Shown one piece after another: positions 1-10,113 of a stretch of DNA of 64,000 nucleotides (its first letter is position 1; each line of letters opens with the position of its first letter). The stretch comes from an uncultured archaeon (lineage in GTDB: Archaea; Thermoproteota; Bathyarchaeia; Bathyarchaeales; Bathycorpusculaceae), in the NCBI GenBank assembly GCA_963782915.1, contig CAWALK010000018.1, positions 32,001-96,000 of the forward strand, written 5' to 3'. The notes under the pieces are model-generated. The model was not told the origin of the DNA. It ran no database searches and saw only the letters and a program-made list of their open reading frames with translations. The position numbers and the translations under genes are program-made.

Positions 1-84
1 CTCACTCAAAAACAAATTTGTAGTGTCGTCGCCTAAGGTATCGTCAAAATCACAAATTACCGCTATAGTGCTTGAAATGGGCAT
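1..84 (-). CDS. HAD-superfamily hydrolase, N-terminus only (runs off the window)
   Basis: Manual translation MPISSTIAVICDFDDTLGDDTTNLFLSE contains HAD motif I (hhhDxDxT). Confidence 0.7.
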   Translation of the reverse strand, partial: MPISSTIAVICDFDDTLGDDTTNLFLSE

Positions 85-301
85 GAATGGTCACTTGCTG
101 TTCCTTTAGACGTAAGTAACTAATAGTTTTTGCTAGAATCTTTAGATTTTAACTGAGTTTCGAGCCCAGGAATGATAAATTAAACTTTTGTGAGGGGTAG
201 ACTTATTGCTAAAACCGCCATCAGCAAAGGGCATCATCGCTAAGTATTTCACTTGTTACCCATAATCTTATAATTAAAGAGACGCTAATACGTTAAAAAT
301 A

Positions 302-976
302 ATGGAGACCAGGGCGATTTTGCAAGAGGCAACAAAAAGGAAAATGCTTAACCGAGGCGTACTAATTGCTGTTGAAGGTATAGATGGCGCTGGTAAAACT
401 ACTCAAACGCTTTTGTTGGCAGAAAGGCTTAAGAAAGTAGGTTATTCAACGATAAATTTACATGAGCCTACGGAAGGAAAATGGGGACAAAGGATTAGGG
501 AAATAGCTAAGAGTGGTAGACAAAATATCTCGCCTGAAGAAGAGCTAAATCTGTTTTATCAAGATCGCCTGGAAGATGTCACAAGTAACATTAACCCAAG
601 TCTGCAAGAGAAAAAAATTGTCTTAATGGATCGTTATTACTTTTCAAGCATAGCGTATCAAGGCGCTAGAGGGCTTGACATAAATGCAATTGAAAAGATG
701 AATGAAGAATTTGCACCTAAGCCGGATATTTTGTTTATTCTAGATTTGAAACCGTCGGTTGCTATACAAAGAATAAAACGAAATCGCGATGATGGACCTA
801 ATGAGTTTGAAAAAAATAAACACCTTGAAAAGGCAAGAGAAATTTTCCTCGATCGGTTTTCAAATAGAGAGTATACTAAAATAATCGAGGCCAATGGACG
901 TCGCTCTCCTGAGGAAATTTCTAATAGCATATGGTTGATAGTGGAGCCTGTTATCCGTGGCATCGAACAAAAATAA
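302..976 (+). CDS. tmk: Thymidylate (dTMP) kinase
   Basis: EGIDGAGKTT P-loop, EP motif, DRYYFSSIAYQG motif, PD..FILD. Confidence 0.92.
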   Translation: METRAILQEATKRKMLNRGVLIAVEGIDGAGKTTQTLLLAERLKKVGYSTINLHEPTEGKWGQRIREIAKSGRQNISPEEELNLFYQDRLEDVTSNINPSLQEKKIVLMDRYYFSSIAYQGARGLDINAIEKMNEEFAPKPDILFILDLKPSVAIQRIKRNRDDGPNEFEKNKHLEKAREIFLDRFSNREYTKIIEANGRRSPEEISNSIWLIVEPVIRGIEQK

Positions 977-1190
977 AGAAGACCTTGAAAGTCTCGAGAA
1001 ACAGCTTCAAGCGCTTTGTAAAGCCAAAGTCAAAGACGAGAAGGCTATCCGAGAGATTGAGCGAAAAATGACCGTTCTTTTATGTCCTAAAGGAAAAAAC
1101 GAGTGTGAACCTGTTTACTGTGTTTTTAACACTTGTAATGCCTGTGAATTTTTAGAAAAGTGGCGGTCTCTAAATCGAGGTCTAAACTAG
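957..1190 (+). CDS. Small Cys-rich hypothetical protein
   Basis: Overlaps the tmk stop; coiled N-terminus followed by CPKGKNECEPVYCVFNTCNAC. Confidence 0.5.
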   Translation: MASNKNKEDLESLEKQLQALCKAKVKDEKAIREIERKMTVLLCPKGKNECEPVYCVFNTCNACEFLEKWRSLNRGLN

Positions 1191-1326
1191 ACCTCTTAAG
1201 TTCTGCCATTAATTCTTCCAGAGAAACCATAAACGTCGGTCGATTCACACTCTCGAGTTGTTTGTAGATTTTTGATTGGATACCTAACTTAGCCTCAGTT
1301 CTATCAACGGTGTAGTCGAACATCAA
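1126..1326 (-). CDS. Hypothetical protein (possibly the C-terminal part of a frameshifted gene)
   Basis: 66-aa ORF downstream of the nuclease, no recognisable motif. Confidence 0.3.
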   Translation of the reverse strand: MMFDYTVDRTEAKLGIQSKIYKQLESVNRPTFMVSLEELMAELKRSSLDLDLETATFLKIHRHYKC

Positions 1327-1455
1327 TCTCTCTTGTTAATTCCTCTGCAAATTCCACATCTTACAAACCCCATAGGGGTGTTCCGTTTTGTCTGAAAAGA
1401 GCGGAGTCAACCTTTTTCCGTCGTGATGGATGATTTACGTCTGAGCGTTCAAACT

Positions 1456-2885
1456 TCAATGGCATACCAGCATTATTTCATTGAAGAATTTCCGCTTGAT
1501 ACTCGAGAAAACACCCTTACCCTTGATTTCTTGCCGTAAGCTTTCTGAAATATGGTCCTCACAAAGCAAGTCTCCTTCTTGGTAGAAGTGTTTTTCGCAC
1601 AGGGGTATACCGCATTTTTCGCAAACAGCAACTGTGTCTCTTCTTAGAAGAGTACACTTTCTACACTTCGACAAATCATCTTCAATAATTCTACCTGAAG
1701 ACGCTAACAACCTTCTTGAGAAGCTATAATCGCCAGATTCATACTCAAGGTTCCATTTGGGCACATAAACCATTTTCACTCCTCGTATGCTAATTTCGTT
1801 GAGACGAGGCACAAACGAGAAGTAGCGTGTTTCAAGTTCTCCTCGCTTCTTAACTTGATAGGATACTTGTTGCTTGTTTTTCTCAACTAAATGATATTTG
1901 ACTATCTTTGTTGCTTCTTCTTCTGTGACTTCGGGTTCAGCGGGAGAAACGTTATAGTCTGAGTTTAATAGGACAGGTTTAGAAGCAGGAATAATCGTCT
2001 CCAAGTCTTCGGAGATCAACTTGTCTTCTTTCGACCTAACTCTCTCATCTTTACTCTTGAGTAGACCCAAGACATTGTCTACGATGTTTTTCTCTAAGTT
2101 GATTATATCTCCATCGAGAGCATCCACATAATAGGTACCGCTATCAGAGAATGAATGCGACCTTCCAGTTGGGTCATTTCGCTTAGCTTGAAGCCGATAT
2201 TTCACTATGATGTATGGGTGATAGAGCAATACTGACGAGAAGAGCCTAACTGCCTCATTATTCTTAAGATTAAGCGATGATGCAGTAGAAAAGTCGATGG
2301 TAACAGGTAAAATCGGTTCGTTGATTAGACTTGGATTTCTGGTTCTGCCTATGCTATAAGCATAAAATCGCTCTTTATGTTCGTCACCATCCCAAAGCTC
2401 GATTCCCACCGAATCAGCAAGTTTTTCAGCGTCTTCTGAAAAGACTGTATTTGTTACAAACAAGCCTGATAATATGCCCGTGTCAGACATCTTATCTTTG
2501 AATATCCTCATGTCTGAAACAGGTACGCTTCTCGATGGGTCGTAATTCTTGCATTCAACAATTCTGCGTCGGCTACCTCTGGTGAGTAAGAGATCAATTT
2601 CAGCGGTAGCTCCACTTTTGGTAGGTAGGCGCTTTCTCTTTTCTACAGAGTAACCCATTTTCTCAAGGATAGATGCGGTAGTATCCTCTAACCTTACTCC
2701 AAGGTCATATGTGTTAAGCTTAAGTGGTCCGAGCTCTTCTTCTCGAGTTCATTGGTGTTGAGGACTTTTTCTTTGGCTTGAGTTGCTTGCAGCGGCTGTT
2801 CTACATTTATTTTCTGTCCACATTCTGAGCAGAACTTTGGAATCGGTTTTTTTAGTTCAGTTCCACAGTTAGGACAATACTTCAA
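1456..2885 (-). CDS. Zn-ribbon + Mrr-type PD-(D/E)xK restriction endonuclease + C-terminal Zn finger (frameshift near 2700-2730)
   Basis: N-term CPNCG..FCSECG; alternate frame continues NTYDLGVRLEDTTASILEKMGY; EIDLL..IVECKNY; GLFVTNTVFSEDA..IELWDG; C-term CxxC..CxxC..CxxH..CxxH. Confidence 0.82.
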
Positions 2886-3039
2886 AGAGCGTCACCTTTA
2901 CCAATGCTGGCTTGCTTGCTATATCCAAGAATTTTGTTTAAAAAATTATGGGTTGAAACGTCAGTGTTCTTATTAGTGTCATTATGAGCTCGGTCTCAAT
3001 GGACATGGGAAAAATTCTAAAGCTGTTTAGCCGTTATAA

Positions 3040-3333
3040 ATGGTTATGGCTGGGATAATCGGTGGTTTGATAGCAAGTATCGGCGGTTTTGTAGCAAAAC
3101 TGTACCCTGCATGGTTATTGGCTGATTTTATTATGGTCGGTTTAAGTTTGCTTTATGTTGCACTTACTGGAGGGTTTGCCGGTCTCTTAAGTGAGGTGGC
3201 GATCAATGCAGCCGTTGGAGCGATCCCCTTTCCCTTTAACTTGTTAGCGAGTTTCTACATTGCACCGGTTTACATAATACTCCAAATTATCGTTTTTGCA
3301 ATTATGTATGTGTTTTTTTCCACAAGAAGCTAA
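3040..3333 (+). CDS. Small multi-pass membrane protein
   Basis: 97 aa, almost entirely hydrophobic. Confidence 0.55.
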   Translation: MVMAGIIGGLIASIGGFVAKLYPAWLLADFIMVGLSLLYVALTGGFAGLLSEVAINAAVGAIPFPFNLLASFYIAPVYIILQIIVFAIMYVFFSTRS

Positions 3334-3414
3334 ACCCAGCGCGCGTTTGACTGTTACTTCAGAGGGCGTAATTGACTGACCACTGTGGAAGGGAAGGTGC
3401 AGTTAACCCCCATT

Positions 3415-3690
3415 TCACCATTCTTTTTTTGAAATCCTCTCGTCATGAAAAATCGCCCAAATATAATCAGATCCTTTTACAAGTTTCGAGATAACGCTTG
3501 GACTTTTAATCGGAACATACTCATAGGCTTTGGTAAAATCCGCTTTCAAAATTTTAATTTTAGTTCCAATTGGAAATAAATCGGTGCCATTTATTTCATA
3601 GGTGAAAGGTAAATTAGAGGTTGTTTTGAATTCCTCGTTTTCACATGCTGCTATTCTTTTCCATATTTCTGCAAACGATGGCTTTAGCAT
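3415..3690 (-). CDS. Hypothetical protein
   Basis: 91-aa ORF with GGTGA RBS upstream. Confidence 0.65.
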   Translation of the reverse strand: MLKPSFAEIWKRIAACENEEFKTTSNLPFTYEINGTDLFPIGTKIKILKADFTKAYEYVPIKSPSVISKLVKGSDYIWAIFHDERISKKEW

Positions 3691-3974
3691 ATTCTCACCT
3701 GGATTATGTGCGCTCTAATCAATTCTCGTGAATTTATCCCTTTGTTGTTCAGCTAAAGTATTTGGTCTAACCTGCATTCGTTTGGTTTCTTATCAATTCT
3801 AATCCGGTGAAATCTTATCGCTCTTTTTACCTATTTTTCAGGCGTTTTTCACTTTCACCGACCCCTCCCCTGCTACAAAGTGTCGTTTTGTCAATAGCTT
3901 AAAAGGAATAGTAGACGCAACTCTGGTTGCCAAGCAAGGAAGGAAAAAAATGGGAGAAAACGGGGTAAACAAGC

Positions 3975-4250
3975 ATGGTGTCGCTGATCCTTAGAAGAAC
4001 CGTAAGGCGTCAGCTAAAAATAAAAGGGGAAGAAACCGGCAAACCCTGCAGCCAACTTGAAGACATCGAGTTTGTCTTCCCAAAGGAATACAACAAGATG
4101 CTCAAGCCCGTCTTTTGTAGAAACTATGACTACGAAGCACGAGAAGAAAACGGCAGTTTAACTTTTATACTAACACCGACAAAATGCACTGAAGACAAAC
4201 CGCTAATCCCAGACGAGACGGTGAAAAGCCCGAACCTGGAGGAGCCTTAA
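3975..4250 (+). CDS. Small hypothetical protein, possibly AbrB-like DNA-binding
   Basis: FPKEYNKMLKPVFCRNYD motif similar to one in the next ORF. Confidence 0.55.
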   Translation: MVSLILRRTVRRQLKIKGEETGKPCSQLEDIEFVFPKEYNKMLKPVFCRNYDYEAREENGSLTFILTPTKCTEDKPLIPDETVKSPNLEEP

Positions 4251-4616
4251 TTGAATGGTAATAAAAATTCGATTGCGAAAGGTCAAAAGAAAGTACAAAA
4301 AGAAGGTCCATTCATACCCCCAATGCTGGATGGAATTCCCCAAAAAATCTATAAAAAATTGGAGCCCCATATCGCCAAAAACTTCGATGATGTAAACGTC
4401 ATTTTTGAAGAGACTCCAAATCAAGAAACAGTAAAAATAGTCTTGATCAAGAAAAAAGACGCCTATAATAGACAAGGCAAAGCTCGTTTGAGGTCAAATT
4501 CGCCCCCCGCAATAAGAATTTCAGAGGCTAAATGCCCTACTACATGTAGAAAAGCCCTCGGTAAAACGTTTCTTCATGTAGAAATTAGCCGGAAAAAACC
4601 TCACACGAGTACATAG
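4251..4616 (+). CDS. Small hypothetical protein, possibly AbrB-like; 3' end uncertain
   Basis: GGAGG RBS; IPQKIYKKLEPHIAKNFD motif; the tail runs over palindromic repeats. Confidence 0.5.
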   Translation: MNGNKNSIAKGQKKVQKEGPFIPPMLDGIPQKIYKKLEPHIAKNFDDVNVIFEETPNQETVKIVLIKKKDAYNRQGKARLRSNSPPAIRISEAKCPTTCRKALGKTFLHVEISRKKPHTST

Positions 4617-4716
4617 CGAGCGCTCAAACACACCGTGATTTTAACAAAAAAATGCTATTTTTGGCAACATACTTTGTTTTTTGGAATTTTGTCCATGCTT
4701 TTCTACATGCAGAAAA
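4537..4716. promoter_or_regulatory. Three imperfect palindromes, consensus TTTCTACATGTAGAAA (operator- or iteron-like)
   Basis: CTACATGTAGAAA at 4540-4552, TTTCTtCATGTAGAAA at 4569-4584, TTTTCTACATGcAGAAAA at 4699-4716. Confidence 0.65.
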
Positions 4717-4757
4717 ATTTTGCCTCGGACAAAAGCGCCTGAAACTCAAAGGTTAAT

Positions 4758-5222
4758 GTGATAAGCTACTTCGCCGCAGACCTGAAGTTTGGTTCCTTCC
4801 ATGCAGGCTTAAAAATTTCCATGAGGGCAAACAAGAGTAAAGGTACACCGCTTCAGGTGTTTAGTGGCAAAGAAGAGGCGCTAAACCGTCTCATACTCCT
4901 GATTCTGCGCTGCTCTAAGCAACCTTTAATCACATATGACGTAGCCTTACAAGTTAAGCGAGTCAAAGGATTCAGGCATACCGATAAGGAAACAGTTTAC
5001 AGGAGAATGAAGAAGTTACATCAGCAACGTTTTATAGATATAGTGGGAAGTAGACCGACAAAGCCAGGATGGCCATCTGACCTCTACGCTCTGAACCTTA
5101 GAGGAATAGCCGCCTTGAAACTTGATGAAAACAGCATTAACGATTTTCTGTTAACCGCTAATTACGAGCAACTACGAAAGCTTATCGATATAATTAATTG
5201 CGCCAGAACAGATTCCTTGTAA
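4758..5222 (+). CDS. Winged helix-turn-helix protein (start may be ATG at 4821)
   Basis: LITYDVALQV..TVYRRMKKLHQQRFI..YALNLRG wHTH pattern. Confidence 0.7.
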   Translation: MISYFAADLKFGSFHAGLKISMRANKSKGTPLQVFSGKEEALNRLILLILRCSKQPLITYDVALQVKRVKGFRHTDKETVYRRMKKLHQQRFIDIVGSRPTKPGWPSDLYALNLRGIAALKLDENSINDFLLTANYEQLRKLIDIINCARTDSL

Positions 5223-5225
5223 GTA

Positions 5226-5474
5226 TTAATCTGCCACTCGGCGGAATAGTAGCACGATACCCACTACATCACCAATAATCATAGCGACTCCTAGTAATTG
5301 CAGTGCAAAAATACCATTATTTAGAGCTACTGAACCCTGCCCCGTAGCCACTGGTGCCATTCCTTGTAAAATAAACACGCCTAATTCAGCTGGACCGGGA
5401 ATAGCCAGCCAAAGTCCAATAATAAAGACGATAACTGCAAAGACTGCGGCAAGTAGCCCTCCGAAATCTGCCAA
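5226..5474 (-). CDS. Small two-helix membrane protein
   Basis: Two long hydrophobic segments in 82 aa. Confidence 0.6.
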   Translation of the reverse strand: MADFGGLLAAVFAVIVFIIGLWLAIPGPAELGVFILQGMAPVATGQGSVALNNGIFALQLLGVAMIIGDVVGIVLLFRRVAD

Positions 5475-5666
5475 ACCTTTTTTCCTCTCTTAAAATCTTT
5501 CTTGGTAGCTAATTGCTTTTATCATTTTCCTATTGTCAGGCCTCGGATTAGCCGATATGTCTTTTTTAGAGATATTGGCTTTGCTACCCCTCACAAAGCC
5601 ATCATGGCTTTCCAGCGATAGATAGTTTTTATGCCTAGTCCGTAAGAAGTTCGAGGTGACAAACAC

Positions 5667-5909
5667 TTGGTTAATTTAATTGATGACTGGGAGGTCCTCG
5701 AAGAATACGCTGGCGAAAAACTGGGCTTCTACCAGCTTCTCGCCATCGACGGGTCCTTTGAGGTCCGTGTCATGACCGGAAGAATAGGTTTTAAAAGAGA
5801 GTTTAAAGACGGCAACGACAAACTGCTAAACCAAATCCTTGACTACTGCAAGAAACGCCGCTTCATACTGATCAGCGACCACCTCAGAGACGAGGACTTT
5901 TTCAAATAA
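5667..5909 (+). CDS. Hypothetical protein
   Basis: GAGGTGA RBS; first gene of the + strand replication/integrase operon. Confidence 0.7.
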   Translation: MVNLIDDWEVLEEYAGEKLGFYQLLAIDGSFEVRVMTGRIGFKREFKDGNDKLLNQILDYCKKRRFILISDHLRDEDFFK

Positions 5910-5935
5910 GCGAGGCAGCGAACCGGGGAATAAGC

Positions 5936-6308
5936 ATGGATAAGCAAGTTGAATTTCTTGTAAAATTCAGAGACGCCAGCCTAATGCTTGCCGAAGCAGC
6001 AAACGAATACATAGACGAACTAGCTCCAGCAGGAATGCAAGCGAGAAGAAAACAAACAAACCCTCATAGTCCAAGAATCAAACTTTACCATCCTAAAATT
6101 TGAGGCTCAGCAAAGCGCCAAACTAGGCGAATACGAAGTCGCATACAAACAAAGTAATCCAGCTGACAAGTGGAGTAGCGTCTATAATATCCTAAAAGGC
6201 GGCAACGCAACCATCAAAGACCGTTACCATTGCGAAGGATACCAATACAGCTACTGGCTCTATGGCGAAGACAAAATCTACCGCCAAAAACTCAAACCCA
6301 AAGCCTAA
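5936..6308 (+). CDS. Hypothetical protein (frameshifted near 6050)
   Basis: MDKQVEFLVKFRDASLMLAEAANEYI joins, in another frame, IVQESNFTILKFE..YWLYGEDKIYRQKLKPKA*. Confidence 0.6.
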
Positions 6309-6325
6309 GGAGCACCGGAGCAAAC

Positions 6326-6463
6326 ATGGTTGATTCTGAAGAAGGCGAAGAATATCCCGAAGGTTACAAAGAAGCTTTAGCCCAATGCACCGTTCTTGCT
6401 GCCAACCTACTAAAGATGATGACCGACAATTCTGATACCAGCCGAACGGAAACTTCATCCTAA
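6326..6463 (+). CDS. Small acidic hypothetical protein
   Basis: GGAG RBS then MVDSEEGEEYPEGYKEALAQC. Confidence 0.4.
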   Translation: MVDSEEGEEYPEGYKEALAQCTVLAANLLKMMTDNSDTSRTETSS

Positions 6464-6475
6464 GGAGATATAGCG

Positions 6476-8263
6476 ATGGGTCAGAGGGGAAAGGGTAAGA
6501 AGTGCGCGGATTGTGCTAACTGGAAACTAAAAGATAGCCCATGCACCTATTACGACGAAATAGTCAAAGGCATAATAAACAAGACAGATCCCGCATGCGA
6601 GGACTTCTACCCCAAGGGAAAAGAAAAAACCAAAGTTCATAAAACAAGCGGCTACGCTGAGCAGGGATTCTACGAGGCAATCTATGCCAACGGAAAACCA
6701 GCATTTCTAAGCGTCAAAGATGGCAACTTCCGGGTACATGAAGAAGTTACCGTCGAAGACGAAGTCTTCTTGCCCAAAGAGTACCCAGACGAGTTCCCCT
6801 ATGAACCCTACAGCTACTATGAAGGCAACCTGCCTACCAATGAGGAACTATACTGGAAAGTTAGAGAAGAGTTTGGTCTCTTCTTAGATTTAGAGTCAAC
6901 ATGGAAAGATTACCTAGCCGCCTGTGTTCTGCTAAGCTACCAACAGGAGAAAACGCGAACAGTCCCCTACGTCTACTTTGTTGGGGATAATGAGAGTGGC
7001 AAAACTGTCGCCTTAAGCCTGTTTAACTGGCTATGCTACCGTCCCATGCTAGGCGTCACCATCCCCTCAGCCGACGTCTACGGCTACTTGGACGATTCTG
7101 ATACACCTGGAACAATCCTTGAAGACGAAGCACAAGGACTATACAAGGACTTGGATAAAGCCAAAATCTACAAGGCAGGCTACAAAAAAGGCGCCGTCGT
7201 CCCAAGAACAATGCTCACACAAAACAAGCGCTTCATCAAATACTTCCGAGTTTTCTGCTTCAAAGCCTGTGCAGCCGAAGAAATGCCCCACGTCAAAGGC
7301 CTACTGGAACGCTTCATATTCATACCCATGACCGAAGGCTACCCAACAAAAGACTGGGCGGACCTAAACAAAGATGACGAGCAGCGGCTCAGAGAACTCA
7401 GAAATATCCTGCTAAAATGGCGCTTATCAACCGTAGAAGCAGAGCTCCCAGAAATCGAACTACCAGTAAAAGGGCGCCTCAAAGAACTATGGAAACCCAT
7501 CATCCAAGTTACTGCAGGCTTAACCATCGAAAAAAACCTCAGAACACAACTAGAGCAACTGCAAAAAGACCGGCTAAGCGAAAAAACCAACACCTTAGAA
7601 GGCCATCTGGTTAAGGTAGTCTGCGAACTGTACAACCCAGAAACCCCTCTAGCCTCCTCGGAAATCTGGGATGGATTGGTTAAGGATTTAGAGGGCAAAC
7701 TAGACGACAAGAAACCAAACAAGATGGACACCCCCGAGTTTGGAGAAGTTACCAAGCAAAAGATAGGCTACAGGCTTCGGGAAGTGTTAAACGGCAAAAA
7801 AACCAAAGTGCGACTGCAGGATGGCCCAGCATGGGTTTACAGCTTTGACAAAGAAAAACTCAAGCGCATCGCAAAGAAATATGGCTGCCAACTTGTTCCA
7901 AAGTTCCAAACGTTCCAAAGCCCCACCGAGACCACCACCCCAAAGCCAGAAGCCAAAGTCGAAGAAAAAAGCGTTATTACCGAAAACAAGCCCGTTTCAG
8001 AGCCGCAAAAAATCGAACAAACAGCGGTGGCCCCTGCTAAAGTTGTGCAACTTGGGAACACTGGAACATACACCTTAGACGAGTTGGTTTTGAAAACTAA
8101 GAGCGTAAGCCGCCTAACCATGGACTTTGGGATAGAGACATGCGTATGCTGCGGTGCCAAAGGACGACCAGACTGGCAAGTCACCGAATTTAACGATTCA
8201 TGGGGCTTCCTGTGCGGTCCCTGCGGAGTAAAACTTTCCGAGAGGTTGAGCAACAATGGGTAA
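6476..8263 (+). CDS. Putative replication protein / helicase-like P-loop ATPase with terminal Zn-binding motifs
   Basis: Walker A GDNESGKT, Walker B ILEDEA, N-term CADC..C..C, C-term CVCC..CGPC; position in the element core. Confidence 0.7.
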   Translation: MGQRGKGKKCADCANWKLKDSPCTYYDEIVKGIINKTDPACEDFYPKGKEKTKVHKTSGYAEQGFYEAIYANGKPAFLSVKDGNFRVHEEVTVEDEVFLPKEYPDEFPYEPYSYYEGNLPTNEELYWKVREEFGLFLDLESTWKDYLAACVLLSYQQEKTRTVPYVYFVGDNESGKTVALSLFNWLCYRPMLGVTIPSADVYGYLDDSDTPGTILEDEAQGLYKDLDKAKIYKAGYKKGAVVPRTMLTQNKRFIKYFRVFCFKACAAEEMPHVKGLLERFIFIPMTEGYPTKDWADLNKDDEQRLRELRNILLKWRLSTVEAELPEIELPVKGRLKELWKPIIQVTAGLTIEKNLRTQLEQLQKDRLSEKTNTLEGHLVKVVCELYNPETPLASSEIWDGLVKDLEGKLDDKKPNKMDTPEFGEVTKQKIGYRLREVLNGKKTKVRLQDGPAWVYSFDKEKLKRIAKKYGCQLVPKFQTFQSPTETTTPKPEAKVEEKSVITENKPVSEPQKIEQTAVAPAKVVQLGNTGTYTLDELVLKTKSVSRLTMDFGIETCVCCGAKGRPDWQVTEFNDSWGFLCGPCGVKLSERLSNNG

Positions 8264-8645
8264 AGGCACCGACTTGCAAGAGCTGGTATTTGTCCAGTAT
8301 GCTGACCATGTTCTCTACAACCGAGCTTCAGCTCTGGCTATGCAGCCGCAGATTCGAGAGGCAATTGGCTGGCTCATCTACGAATGTGACAATTACATCA
8401 CACTTTGCTGGGACCGAGACGCTGGACCGCCTACACTGCACGGTGGCGACCCCAAAGCCTCTGGCTTGGTCTTGTTAAAATCAGACATAATTGCGCTGGA
8501 ACGACTAAAAGTCAAAGCTCAGATTTCACATGGAACCGTTGAAAGGGTCTTAAATTCTCCACAGCCCATAGTTAAGGATGAGTTCGCGTTCCGACCATCG
8601 GAGCGAAAAACTCAAAGAGCAAAAAGCTCCAAAGGAGAAAACTAG
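8256..8645 (+). CDS. Hypothetical protein (small beta-barrel type common in mobile elements)
   Basis: LVFVQYADH..IGWLIYE..ITLCWD pattern; overlaps the upstream stop. Confidence 0.6.
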   Translation: MGKGTDLQELVFVQYADHVLYNRASALAMQPQIREAIGWLIYECDNYITLCWDRDAGPPTLHGGDPKASGLVLLKSDIIALERLKVKAQISHGTVERVLNSPQPIVKDEFAFRPSERKTQRAKSSKGEN

Positions 8646-8647
8646 AT

Positions 8648-10085
8648 ATGATACAGCGCACAGCTCCTTTAGCCTCCGCTATAACCCGCAACCGCAATCT
8701 CTCCGTTGAAGAACTAAAAAGCCTCAACCTACCGCTAATATTCCAAGGCGACACTGTCACCATCGAGAGAAGCATAGACGGCTGGAAACTCAGACAACCC
8801 ATCACCATAGAACTCAGCAAAATCTTAGCCGCCAAAGAAAAAGGACTAGTCGACTACATCATACGCTCCTGCCTAAACGACCGCCCAAGCACTAATCCCC
8901 TACATCTTTGAATACCAAAGCATGCTAAAAATGGCCCGACACTTTCTACGACACTGCTCAGCATCACACGACAGCTGCCTACTCTACACAAGTAAAGTCA
9001 GAAAATACGCAGAATGGCTTGGCCACAACCCCGACCTAATCATCCAAGACGTCAAACCCGTCGGCGCAATCCCCGACCCCATAAAAGTACAAAACCACTG
9101 CGGATTCCTAAACGACTACCTAGCACACCTTCAAGACTCACGACCTTAAACCAGGCGCAGTCAGCGACTACATCAAAGCAGTAAAAACCTTCTACCGCAC
9201 CAACGGCGTAAAAAAAATTGAACTCGACGAACCCCTAAGCCGCAAAGTAACATACAAAGACCGAGCACCAAAACCCGAAGAAATCGCCCTAATGCTAGAC
9301 AAAGCCGCTACACGAGAAGCATTCATCGTAGCAGCCATCGCTTCAGGCGGATTCCGAGAAGGAACCTTTGCAAAACTCAAATACCGACACGTAAAAGAAG
9401 ACCTCGAAGCCGGAAGAGTACCCAATCCACATCCATGTTGAAGCCGAAATAACCAAAGGCAAATACCACGACTACGATACCTTCATAAACGCAGAAGCAT
9501 GCCGCCTCCTAAAACTCTACATCCAAGACAGACAACAGGGCGGCAGATCAATGCCACCAGAAACCCTCACAGACGAATCCCCACTAATCAGAAACAGCCA
9601 CAACACAGACAGAATCTTAGGCGTAACCGAAAAAACCATCAGAAAAATCGTCCACAACTTAGCAGTTAAGCGCAAAAATCGCAAAGAAACTACCAAACAG
9701 CTGGATGTACAGCGTCAGAACACATAGCCTAAGAAAATTCTTCAGAAGCCAACTCAGCACAGCAAAAATCGACACAGAAATCGTCGAATACATGATGGGC
9801 CACACAATCAACACCTATGAAGACGTCCAAAGCTTAGGCATAGAAACCCTAAGAAACCTCTACGCATCAGCCGGGCTTGCGATCAGACCAAAGACACAGG
9901 TAAACCGCATTGACCAACTCAAAGAAATCATACGAGCATGGGGAGAAAACCCTGAAGAAATCCTGTCAAAAGATGCAGTCTTTAGAGGCAACATCACAGA
10001 AACCCAAGAACAACACCAGAACCATCAGCTATCACTTCTTGCAGAGCAACTCAAGCAGATTATACGGAAGGAGGTAACAAAATGA
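8648..10085 (+). CDS. Tyrosine recombinase / integrase (several frameshifts)
   Basis: Catalytic motifs across frames: SGGFREGT (R), TKGK (K), HSLRK (HxxR), MMGH, TYE (Y). Confidence 0.88.
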
Positions 10086-10113
10086 CCCAAACATCTAGTA
10101 CTTTTTCGCGCAT

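Noticed and set aside
3860-3875. ACCCCTCCCC core inside the element as another copy of the dispersed repeat
   Set aside because: Only the 10-bp core matches; the TATA-like and AGAGCAACAAA flanks are absent
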